DNA of 64,000 bases from Azolla caroliniana (Eukaryota; Plantae; Polypodiophyta). Positions 1-10,197 of the stretch are shown piece after piece. The DNA lies in contig JBHGNT010000005.1 in assembly GCA_043228905.1 (NCBI GenBank), positions 372,001 to 436,000 of the forward strand, read 5' to 3'. The position numbers and the translations under genes are program-made. Under the pieces are notes generated by a model. The model was given only the letters and a program-made list of their open reading frames with translations. It was not told where the DNA came from and did no database searches. Each line of letters starts with the position of its first letter. The stretch's first letter is position 1.

Positions 1-203
1 GACGATAATATAATCTATCTATCTATCTCACATGGGTCATGTCGGCCTCCATGGGCATTAATATATACCATAATCTCAAGCTAACAACTGCCAACGGACC
101 GTTCTCATATGGCTCTATCGCCCAAGACTCACACACCCAATCTCTCGCTCTAGGAAGCCATATGTCCATTTGTCTGTCTATTGAAGGCATACATATGGAC
201 AAA

Positions 204-205
<2 letters not shown>

Positions 206-246
<41 letters not shown>

Positions 247-264
247 CACACACATACACACACA
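206..264. repeat. (CT)n/(CA)n compound microsatellite
   Basis: Direct reading; lies upstream of the GRX-like gene. Confidence 0.95.
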
Positions 265-740
265 GGTAGATTGAAATTAGTGTATTGCAGTCCATCCAAA
301 AGACACTATTTTGTCTGATTTTCTCACCAAGAAAATACACACACACACACAAGTGGGCTGTTTCATTTTCAAAAAAGTATTGGTGTAAGATTTAGTCTCA
401 TCATCTTCTTCTCCTTCATCATAAGCAGAATCAGCAGCGTCGTCATCGTCTCTGTGTGATCGATCTTTCACACACACTCACACGAATCATTCAAAGATAA
501 TATTGACAATCTAAATCAGAGAAGAATCCGTAAGCCATAACCTAAATGTCCTGGTCTCTGCAGAAAGTTACATATGCGTAGACGAAAATCTATGCATATA
601 TGAATATATATATAAAGAAGCAATGGCCTAAATCCTATCTATCCTAGAACAAACTGAACTGATCTGATCGATCTTTTATTTATACTCGCTTTAAAGCTCT
701 ATTTCTTTCTTTCTTACTTCTTCTTTTCCGTTCTTTTCTG

Positions 741-1916
741 ATGGGAACCATAGCTTCTAAGCCAACAAAGGATGAACTAAGAGAAGGAAACAGTAGCTCA
801 TGGTATGCCCCTGTCTCTAGAAGCATCTCTGCACCTATCCATTTCAAAGCAGACGAAGATGAAAATGAAGAAAGAGAAAACTATCAGTTTGCTTCTCTCA
901 CTACAAGCTCCCATGGATTTCACACTATGGAGGAGAAAACCACATCCAACGAAGAATTGGTCGTCACAGGAGGCTTTGCTCACATTCTTCACCATAGCTA
1001 TTCTTATTCTTCGTCAACTGCCTTGCCAAGTCAGGAACATCCTTCACAATATGGAACTTTCCATGAAAGCTCTAAGCTCAAGACAGTTGAAGAAGCTGAA
1101 GAAGTAGAAGAGGTTAGTATGGCGTCAAAAGTGGAAAGTTTAAACACGCAGGTACTCATGGAAGGACTTCAATGCAAAGAAGAAGCAATGCAAAAGCAGT
1201 CGGATGCATTATTCAGAAGAAGCCCTCTTAGGAGCCTAAGTAATAGGCTTGACTATGACTATAAGCATGGACATAGCTACGGCGATGGCAGAAAAGATGT
1301 GAAGAACACATATTTTGATGCAGTGCAAAGAAGCCCTCTTGGGAGTGGCCTGTGTAGGAAGGTTCTGGAAGCACCTAAGAACGGTAATAATACATGGGAC
1401 GGATCAATGCCCCCTTTTGATCTGCAACCGGATGCAGTCACATGCCTATCCATCCCAAGAGCATCGGGGGACAAAGCAGTCCTCTACTTCACAAGCCTCC
1501 GGTGCATCCGACGAACGTTCGATGAATGCTGCACTGCCAAACAGATATTGCGGGGCCTCGGTGTCTTTGCGGACGAGCGAGATGTGTGGATGCACTCCAA
1601 GTTCAGAGATGAGCTCACCCAGCTCATGGGTGGGATCAAGGTCCCTGTCCCCCGGCTGTTCATCAAAGGGAGGGATATCGGGGGATTTGAGGATTTGAAA
1701 AGGTTGCATGAAGAGGGGGTCTTGGCAACATTAATCATCGGCTTGCGTTCATCTGGCCTCGGCCTTCGAGAAGCATGCCCAGGCTGTGCTGATGTGAGAT
1801 TCGTGCCTTGTCTCACTTGCAACGGTAGTTGCAAAGTCTTAGATCTGCTCAACCGTGCTACAAGGTGCGATCAATGCAATGAAAATGGGCTCATCATGTG
1901 TCCGATTTGCAATTAG
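741..1916 (+). CDS. Glutaredoxin-like domain protein with Cys-rich C-terminus (At5g39865/At3g28850-like family), single exon
   Basis: 391 aa ORF. MGTIASK N-terminus (possible myristoylation). GRX-like core VLYFTSLRCIRRTFDEC...ERDVWMH...VPRLFIKGRDIGG. C-terminal CPGC/CLTC/CDQC/CPIC motifs with the family signature NENGLIMCPIC. Confidence 0.93.
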   Translation: MGTIASKPTKDELREGNSSSWYAPVSRSISAPIHFKADEDENEERENYQFASLTTSSHGFHTMEEKTTSNEELVVTGGFAHILHHSYSYSSSTALPSQEHPSQYGTFHESSKLKTVEEAEEVEEVSMASKVESLNTQVLMEGLQCKEEAMQKQSDALFRRSPLRSLSNRLDYDYKHGHSYGDGRKDVKNTYFDAVQRSPLGSGLCRKVLEAPKNGNNTWDGSMPPFDLQPDAVTCLSIPRASGDKAVLYFTSLRCIRRTFDECCTAKQILRGLGVFADERDVWMHSKFRDELTQLMGGIKVPVPRLFIKGRDIGGFEDLKRLHEEGVLATLIIGLRSSGLGLREACPGCADVRFVPCLTCNGSCKVLDLLNRATRCDQCNENGLIMCPICN

Positions 1917-2877
1917 CATGGTGGTGTCCTTCATCCAAGATCAATCCTCTCTCTATCGCATCGAAATGCAAATATGTTTTGAGATTTTACATCATGTGTT
2001 GTTTCTGCATCAAGGAATCATGCATGGCCTATGAAGAATATATAACTAATGTAACTATATCAGGAGGTTTTGGGCTAACATTCATGGATAGCTGATCAGT
2101 TGCTTGGTCTGCTTTGGGAACCATGGAGAATGAACGAAATGCATCTTGTTGGTTTCTGGGGACACTATTGCATGGGATCTAAGGTTCTCACCAGATTAGG
2201 AAAATAATGAAAGACATTGAGTATTGCAACTTTGGGATAAAATCTTGGAGTTACCATACATGTCAGGTGAAAAGTCTCTCCATAAGTTTTATGTGGTGTT
2301 ATTTCTGATCACAAAATCCAAAACCATTGTGAATCAAATTGTTCTCCTTATCAAAATTGAATGTGAAGAAAAACCAGGAAAATCAAGGAAGATAATTGAT
2401 CAATTTGAATAATGATGTTTGAAGTTTGAGGCTGTTATTGCGTTATACTTTTGCATTGTTTGTATAATTAGAAGCCAATATTCCCATTCAAATACCTGAA
2501 ATTTGGTTGTAATATAAATACGTGTGTAACACTAACAGTTGGTTACTTTGTCTCGATGCAAATCATGGTGTTATCAATGCATTGGGAATATATTGAACTC
2601 ATTTTCTTTTCTTTTCTAGAGTGAGTTTGTTGTGCTTAATGATTATTCTATGAATGATGAAATATATGTTCCTTTAGCGTCTTCTGAAGATTTCAAGTAG
2701 AGGCATTACATGATCTCTGAATACCATGCTGCTTATACTTTTGTTGTCGTCCTTTGAAATTAAAATCTTTAGGCATTTTATACCAGTACATCATAAGATT
2801 GATGTAATCCTACAATACCATAATATCTTAAGTATTAGAGAAGAGATGTTAAGAATTTTTCATGTTTTTTTGTTTGG

Positions 2878-2914
<37 letters not shown>

Positions 2915-3788
2915 TTCATAGAAACACCTTTTCAAGTCGAATTCAAGTTTACGGCTACTCAAATGGAAATATAGAAGCAGGAGTAACACTTAAATTTGAA
3001 TTTCTAAAAACCATGTCAAAACCGTACTAAGAAAAACTTATCATTGCAATACAAATTTGCAATGATAACTCCTAGATTGGAGGTGGTACTATGAGAATTA
3101 GATAGAAGATCACTAGTATCATGAGAACTAGAATAGCATGCTCTACATGCGTCATGAGTATGACACTTTTTAAAAAAGGAAAGCAAGAGGTTATCATGGG
3201 AACTCATGGAAAAAGCAAATTGTCAATACCCATAAAATTCAACATAGGCACACATGTTGGACCATAGGACACTACGTTGTGATGAACTGTAGACTCACAA
3301 TATTTGACATACTAGCGCAAATTTTTGGACCATTGGAGGATGTTTCAACTCCATTACAATCCATAAGATTCAACATAGACACATCATCATGTTGGCCCAT
3401 TCAACAATGTTTGTCCACATGATTTAAGCTCATAGCATTTGAGTGACACATGCTTGGCCCGTTGCACAATGTTGCTCGATTTGGATTATTATTGAATGCA
3501 TATCTTCTCCACCTAATGTGAGGCATGACCTAGAACCAGGAAAAAAGATCGCAGATACACATACATAATGAACATCCACAAGGAGATCGATGGAATGATG
3601 GGATCAAGCCATTGGCCCGAGGATCCAACTTGGGTTTTGGCCGAATTTATGACTTTTAATCCACCCCCAAATAACATAATCAAATCTTTAGAATACTCTA
3701 ATTTTGAGTTCTTTGAAAAGTTTGAAAAATAGCACGTGGCATCACAACTTGCTCCATATAATACAATCACATGAGTTTTCTTCCATTA

Positions 3789-4601
3789 TCAATGTTGGTG
3801 TTGATGATGGTAATTAAGACTAGAAGCACTACTTGCATGAGCAAAGTAATTGGAATTAGCATGATGATTAACACCATGGTAAGTATAGCCCGCAAAATCA
3901 TGACCATAGTAACCATAGTTTTCATCAGGGAGAATCAATCGACCACGTGATTCTGGATAACCAGTATCTCGGCGATGCATGATGTCGGGAGACAGAGGAG
4001 GAGGAGTGGCCGATAAGATGGTCAATGGCGTCTCCAAAGTGTTGTGCACGAGATCAGTCCACGTGGACGATATAAATATGCTTATTCTTCCGACGATAAA
4101 GGTAATGTTAGGGTTAGGGTTAGGGTTAGGGTTAGGGTTAAGGCTAGGGTAAGGCTCAATGCTGTAGTTGGGATTAAGATTACGGACAATGTAATCATTA
4201 GAGTTGAGGTTAGGGTCAGCGCTATTATTAGGGTTTTGCAAGGATGGTGGGCAAGGCTTGGGGCGTGGGGGGATTCGCACCTGATTCCGCAATGCGTCGT
4301 GGTGGTCATGATCATCACCATCACCGCGATAATTTGCTGCATCTGATGCGTCACGATCTGGACCGTCGGATGATGGAGTGGACGATGAAGAATGGCTGCC
4401 ACAGTAGATGGGCGTAACGTGAAGGTTAGGGTCTGGAAGGTAGGACTTGCAGGCAGGGCAAGAGGAGTGAGTGCGAAGAGGGCGATGAGAGGATATGGGT
4501 GCCCATGCCCATCGGAAGAGGCATGGCCAACAGAAGACATGTCCGCATCGAGTGACCACAGGCTCCTCTATTTCCTCTCGCAGACAGATGCTGCACTCCA
4601 T
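3789..4601 (-). CDS. C3HC4 RING E3 ubiquitin ligase, RMA/RNF5-like, copy 1
   Basis: CSIC...EPVVTRCGHVFCWPCLFRW...CPACK...VTPIY...IPPRP motifs typical of RMA1/RNF5; intronless 270 aa ORF. Confidence 0.88.
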   Translation of the reverse strand: MECSICLREEIEEPVVTRCGHVFCWPCLFRWAWAPISSHRPLRTHSSCPACKSYLPDPNLHVTPIYCGSHSSSSTPSSDGPDRDASDAANYRGDGDDHDHHDALRNQVRIPPRPKPCPPSLQNPNNSADPNLNSNDYIVRNLNPNYSIEPYPSLNPNPNPNPNPNITFIVGRISIFISSTWTDLVHNTLETPLTILSATPPPLSPDIMHRRDTGYPESRGRLILPDENYGYYGHDFAGYTYHGVNHHANSNYFAHASSASSLNYHHQHQH

Positions 4602-7165
4602 AGCTGAACAAAAAACTCTGTCTGCGTAAACCTAACGAATGAAATCGTATAGATGTCTTCTCCTCTTTCTCTGTGCTTTCTTCCTCTTCTTCTTCTTCTT
4701 CTTCTTCTTCGATTATCTACATCTCCATCCTTCTTTATATTTATGGCCTATCAGAAACGCAGCTTTTTACGTTTCGATTTTCTTTTCTAGCTTTTGCGTT
4801 TCTCATCCATCTGTTTGTAGCTTTTGCGTTTCTGGCTTTTCTACAACGCCAGGGTGCCTGGCTATGGGATCACCCACCTTACATACCCCTCCCTCGCCCC
4901 TATTCGATATTTCACTCTCCATCAACTCATCCACAAACCACGATCTCATTTTCATAGACTATTGATCTTGCCTCCTACCTATGGTTTCACGAATTCCGTG
5001 TCATTCGTGGATGAATCTAGTCTCCTTGTTAATGTTCTCGTCGTCGTTATTATTATAATGAATCTCCAAACACATATTAAAATGTTTGCCATTCCGACTA
5101 ATTTTGACATCTAACTAATGTTTTCAATAGTGTACTAAGATTCTCTTTTTAGGTTCAAGTCAATACACAGACAAAATTGAAATACTTGCATTGCTTTATC
5201 ATATTGATATGTGGTAAGAGTTATTTCACTTAATCAAACCTACAACTAACCATGTTATTAGGTAGCCTACTCATAAGTATGGAACCATTGCACGTGAGTT
5301 CAAGTGAAGGAGGCAAGCTAAGCCCACTTGTTTAGACATCGTATATTTAAGGTATAAGAGATATTGTGTGGTTAAAGAGTGCATCAATTATTCTTGAAAA
5401 CCATTCACCTGGAAGGGTGTTAAGAACTCCCTTCCCTCGATCATTTACTAGTTGCATGCTTCATCATTATAATTTATAACTATGCACTACTTGCACTTGT
5501 TCACAATATATAGCTAGATTTTTGTATATCAATTCAACCATACCAAATTATGAACATTGATCGAGTCACCTTCTATATTTTATGATTACTCACAGACATT
5601 AACATTTATTTTTTGGCAACGCTTAATAATGTTGGTGGGAAACCTAAAATAGTTTGTGCTCCAAAGTACTAAAAGAAAATTTGAAAATTGTCAATAGATG
5701 TATCATGCAATTGACAACATCATACAGTGATTGCCTCAATATAGTGTTTGAAGGAACTCACTTTGTGAAAAAAGGGTTGATGGAAGTCCACATGGTTGTA
5801 TTATATCATAGAGTCTGCAATCCCCAATATTTTACCCAATTTAGAAATTGGATGCCTTTGAGAATAAGATCATATGTATCGAAATAAACACTGGAGCCTT
5901 AGAAAACGATGGCAAAGGTATCACCTTGACCTACCTCCCCATCACACTATCACCAACCGAATGACGTCACAAATATTAAGATGTACTCAATCTAATTTCT
6001 AGAAATATGATTCAATGAATGGGCCTCATATTAAACCACGTGATCTCATCAAATAACTTAAAATGCACCATTTACTCATTCTTCTTGTGCCTAGCCCCAT
6101 TGATCAATAATGGATAGTGAGATGGATTAGGTTCGTAGCATAAACTTCGTTTACATAGTTTGATGCAAGACACAATTGTGTTGAAGAAACATGGATGAAG
6201 GGAATATAAATCCAAGAAATATATAATTTGGTTGAAACTAGTAGAGTACAATGAATGTTAGTTGCACATGTGCTCCTTGATGGGTTGAGCATGATCTCTT
6301 AAATGACATTCAATAATATAGTGCTCATATAGAATTTTTATTCATAATAACTATACATGAAGAATGGGGCAAACCTTATGCAAACAACTTTTGTGCATGT
6401 ATAGAGGGGTTTGCTACTTAAGGTTGATTTGTGCACCGGTTTGGGGACAAGGCTATCCAAAATGTAGAATTGGATTCATTGGCCCCACCAAAATGTGCAA
6501 ATGTGGGAAAGTATAGAGCTAAATACTTTAGCATTTTACTTTATCATCTCTTGTACGACAGAACCAAATCCTCTTGTCGTCGTCAAGCAAGCATTTATGT
6601 ACTTTCTTGTGAGGTTCTCTATTTATTTATTTATTTATTTATTTATTTGGGGGGGGCTCAAATCCTTGTGTAACCAAGTTCGTGATGCTACTACCACGTC
6701 TCTTCCATACAAAAGCAAGAGTCAAATGTGTTTGGATAGATCATATATTACACACGTGTGTTAGATTTCCAATAATGGATTGAAGTCTCACTTTTACAAT
6801 GAATTAGCTATAAGGAACACCAAAAGAGTGAGACCCGATGTATATCTCCAAGTCAAAATTAGCGTGGCTAGCTAACACAATAAACTACAAGGCAAAGCAA
6901 TGACCAACATTCCAATAAAAGAGTTCAAATTTGGGATGTTTGGCAAACACTCACTCCAATTTTGTTTTGGTCTCTACCCATTTGGATTCTCTCAAGTATT
7001 TTATGTGGCAGCGGACTATGGGTGATTCACTTGAGAGTTTTGATCAATTTTTTACTTGTTTTTCTCTCTCCCGCTCAATATACAAGATATACATATGTTA
7101 TTCACAACATGTTTCTACACTTATTTTTCCCCATGGGTCTAGTTAAGGGAATCCTCCCTGGTGGA

Positions 7166-7320
7166 TTATGGACTCTTCTAGGGTGAGCTAAATTAGACTA
7201 TCTTGACTATGGACTCTTCTAGGGCGAACTAAAAAAATTAGACTCTTCTAGCAAACTAAAGTGGACTATCTCGACTATGAACTTTTCAAGTGAACTACAT
7301 TGGACTATCTTGATCTCTAC
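7166..7320. repeat. Degenerate short tandem repeat (ggactcttctag / gactatcttgactat units)
   Basis: Motif ggactcttctagg recurs near 7170, 7211 and 7240; gactatct(t/c)ga recurs near 7196, 7264 and 7303. Confidence 0.65.
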
Positions 7321-7707
7321 TCAAGTTTCAACCATACTATGAAACCATCTTGACCTCTTTGACTCTCAATGGATTGCATGCTCACCCCCCCCCCCCCCCC
7401 CCCACGCCTTCCCAACCAAAAAAAAAAGAGCTGGTAAAAAAGAAAACACCGTCCTCATTTTTTACACGTCTAATTAAGCTTCTTAAGCTTCCTAAATGCA
7501 AATTCTTAATTAGGGCTAAACGCCTTCTTAATTCCGTTCATAAATAGCAGAATCACCATATATAAGCATAATAACAATGCGAGAGGCAAGAAAAATAGAG
7601 TTATCACATCCGGACAAAACTTTTTCCATAACAAATATGTATACATACATGTCTTGTTTCTGATTAATGGTTTCGGATTAGAGTTTATGGGTAGGTCTAA
7701 TTAATCA

Positions 7708-8508
7708 CTAGCTCGGGAAAAAAGTAATGTCATCATTAGCCTCTAGATACTCAGCATCATGGGAGTAACGGAGAGGAAAGGCAGTGTTGGAATTCTGCAA
7801 GGTGGAGCTGGAGCTGGTGGGCGTTTGCGGAGGAGGAGGTGCGGTAACAGGGATTCGGGTGGGCCTGGGATGTCCAGGCACCCCAAAACTCCTATTCCCA
7901 TGAATCCTGTTATGATGATTAGTTTGGACTCTTCGGAGGAAGGATTCCCGCATTATAAAAGTAATGGCCCAATCTTCTGAATCGTCGTCTTCAGAATATT
8001 CAACATAATCACGCTGCTGATGGGTGGCGTTCGGATTCACCACATTGGAGTTACTAGGGTTAGGGTTAGGGTTGGGGGTAGTGGTAGTGGTAGGGTTGGT
8101 GTTAAAGGCGTGATGATTACGGATAGGATGGGGCGGCGGGCAATTAGGGTTGGGGTTAGGGAAGGGTAGCGGGCGGGGTTTAGGGCGTGGCGGGATTGGG
8201 AGGGAGTGGTCCCCCTGGGGAGGATGATGAGGAGGGAGGGCAGCAGGGGAATGGGCGGAGGAGGCATAGATGGGCGTGACGTGGAGGTTGGGGTCGGGGA
8301 GGGGGGCCTTGCAGAGGGGGCAGGAGGAGCGAGTGGTGCGGATGAGGGGGTGGACCTTGCCGCAGGCAGGGCAGGGGGTGGCGTCGTAGTTGCTGGAGAC
8401 GTAGGGTGCCCACGCCCACACATACAGGCACGCCCAGCAGAAGACATGGCCGCACCGTGTCACCACCGGCTCCTCGGTCTCCTCTCGCAGGCAGATGCAG
8501 CATTCCAT
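7708..8508 (-). CDS. C3HC4 RING E3 ubiquitin ligase, RMA/RNF5-like, copy 2 (tandem paralog)
   Basis: First ATG at 8508 (MECCICLREETEEPVVTRCGHVFCWACL) aligns with the start of copy 1. Shares LPDPNLHVTPIY and IPPRPKP. The track ORF start at 8622 is a GTG. Confidence 0.88.
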   Translation of the reverse strand: MECCICLREETEEPVVTRCGHVFCWACLYVWAWAPYVSSNYDATPCPACGKVHPLIRTTRSSCPLCKAPLPDPNLHVTPIYASSAHSPAALPPHHPPQGDHSLPIPPRPKPRPLPFPNPNPNCPPPHPIRNHHAFNTNPTTTTTPNPNPNPSNSNVVNPNATHQQRDYVEYSEDDDSEDWAITFIMRESFLRRVQTNHHNRIHGNRSFGVPGHPRPTRIPVTAPPPPQTPTSSSSTLQNSNTAFPLRYSHDAEYLEANDDITFFPS

Positions 8509-9895
8509 TGCCAATGCCAAATGGGGATGGTATGGATCGATCGGGTTCCTAGGAGCCTCTCTTTCTTTTTCTGCCTGCTCTCTCTGTCTGCTACGTCGGG
8601 AAGCTCTCTGCTTCTTACACACACTGTTTTGTTTTGCTCAGTCCTCTCGATTTCGCTCCCTTTTTATTATGGTCCTCCTGCTTCCTTCCTGCGTTTCGCG
8701 TTTGCGTTTGCGTTTGCGTTTGACCTTTTGCGTTTCCCTAACCGGATTCCAAAGCAAATACATAACATACATACAATTTATTTTTATTTTATTTTAAACT
8801 CTAGGGCCAAAATATTTTTTTTAAAAAAAAATTTATTGATCTTTGTAATGGAATTTATGGCTGCACCTTTCACGTTCCATTTCTTCGGTAACTCGTCCCC
8901 TTGCGCCGACAAACGTCGATACAAATATTGGCACCAATGAACCAAATAAACTTTCCATGTGTGTGTGTGTGTCTAGAAGCTTGGACATGCTTGGGGGTAG
9001 ACAAGTGAAGTGTCTTAATGCCTCACCTCATTGTGGATTAAATGGATATACCCTTGGGTCCATTTGCCTCCTAAGGCTCCCCATTCGGTTCATGTTTCAA
9101 AAATTTTAAATGGTTTGGACCCTCTCAAACCGAACCGAACCGTTGTCGATTGTTAACTATCACTAAGCTTCCTACAATACATTGATTTCATTGAAGTCGA
9201 TGACAAACTCATAAATCGATGTTCTTGTAGCACATTAAGTTGTAAACATTGCATTAACTACACAAGTGTTGATCATGATCATAATCATGAAGTTAGTTGG
9301 CACTTATTCATACCAATGCGATTCCTCGAGCACTTTACCCATGACTCCAGAATTGTTGGGTCTCCTAAACTCACAAGTCATATTTTCATACAAGGAACGC
9401 TTTTGTACTGTTGTTTGGTTGCCCCAAATTCCTACATCATCCACCTATCCTACTAAATTTCATTGGTTCACTTGGCATTCATCCACTACGATGCTCTACA
9501 CCAACTTATTACTTTTCGCATTGGTTTAGATTGCCAAGCTAAGAACTTCACATTCTCATCGAAATTAAGCTCTTGTATGAATCAATATCGCATCGCACCA
9601 TGCATGGAACACTAGATCCATTGTGATAACAAATCAACTTACGACGCCATAGGCTATCCGTGCCGACTCCCCCGCCCCCCTCTCAATCAACATCCTACTT
9701 TCATAGTCACGCTCCATGGTATCCATCATAGTATGATTGACACCCCGACAAGGACACTGAGATGGTGGCCATGTGTCATCATAAGTCAACAAGATTCGAT
9801 GCACCACGAGGAGGAAACAGATGTAGTAGTTAGAACCCATGGACGCTTAATAAAGCCCCCGATGAGACGGACAATTTTGCCCCCTGGACCACACA

Positions 9896-10068
9896 TTTAG
9901 GGTTTTTTGTATTTTAGGGTTTGCATATAAATTCATCACATTTGGCAACACTCAAACTCTTTTGCTGTGAGCTTTGCTGCACGCAGGGCGAGGATCAGCC
10001 GCAGGTCTTCTGAGATTTTAGGGTCTACCGTTCTGTTTCATACCTCGGGGATTTAGGGTTTAGGGTTA
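9896..10068. promoter_or_regulatory. Cluster of telo-box (AAACCCTA / TAGGGTTT) motifs upstream of the RNA helicase gene
   Basis: TAGGGTTT near 9898, 9915 and 10054, plus a partial copy near 10019. Telo-boxes are known from plant ribosome-biogenesis and translation gene promoters. Confidence 0.7.
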
Positions 10069-10197
10069 GAGCTTGGGCTAGGCTATTTGTTTTGTCCTGA
10101 GAATTAGGATTAGGTTTTTCTTCTTCTTTCGCTTGGAAGTTTTTCATTAGATTAAGCTTCGCATTGTGCGCAGAGTCATCATAGCACGGAAAAACGT

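Noticed and set aside
23-477. Short ORFs with ERERER / SLSLSL / CVCV tracts
   Set aside because: Translations of microsatellites in a probable promoter/5' UTR.
8206-8940. 244 aa plus-strand ORF
   Set aside because: Antisense shadow of the GC-rich RING gene; no recognisable domain.
9280-9850. Possible retrotransposon integrase relic on the minus strand (FLYENMTCEFRRP)
   Set aside because: Only one short motif-like match; not enough to annotate.
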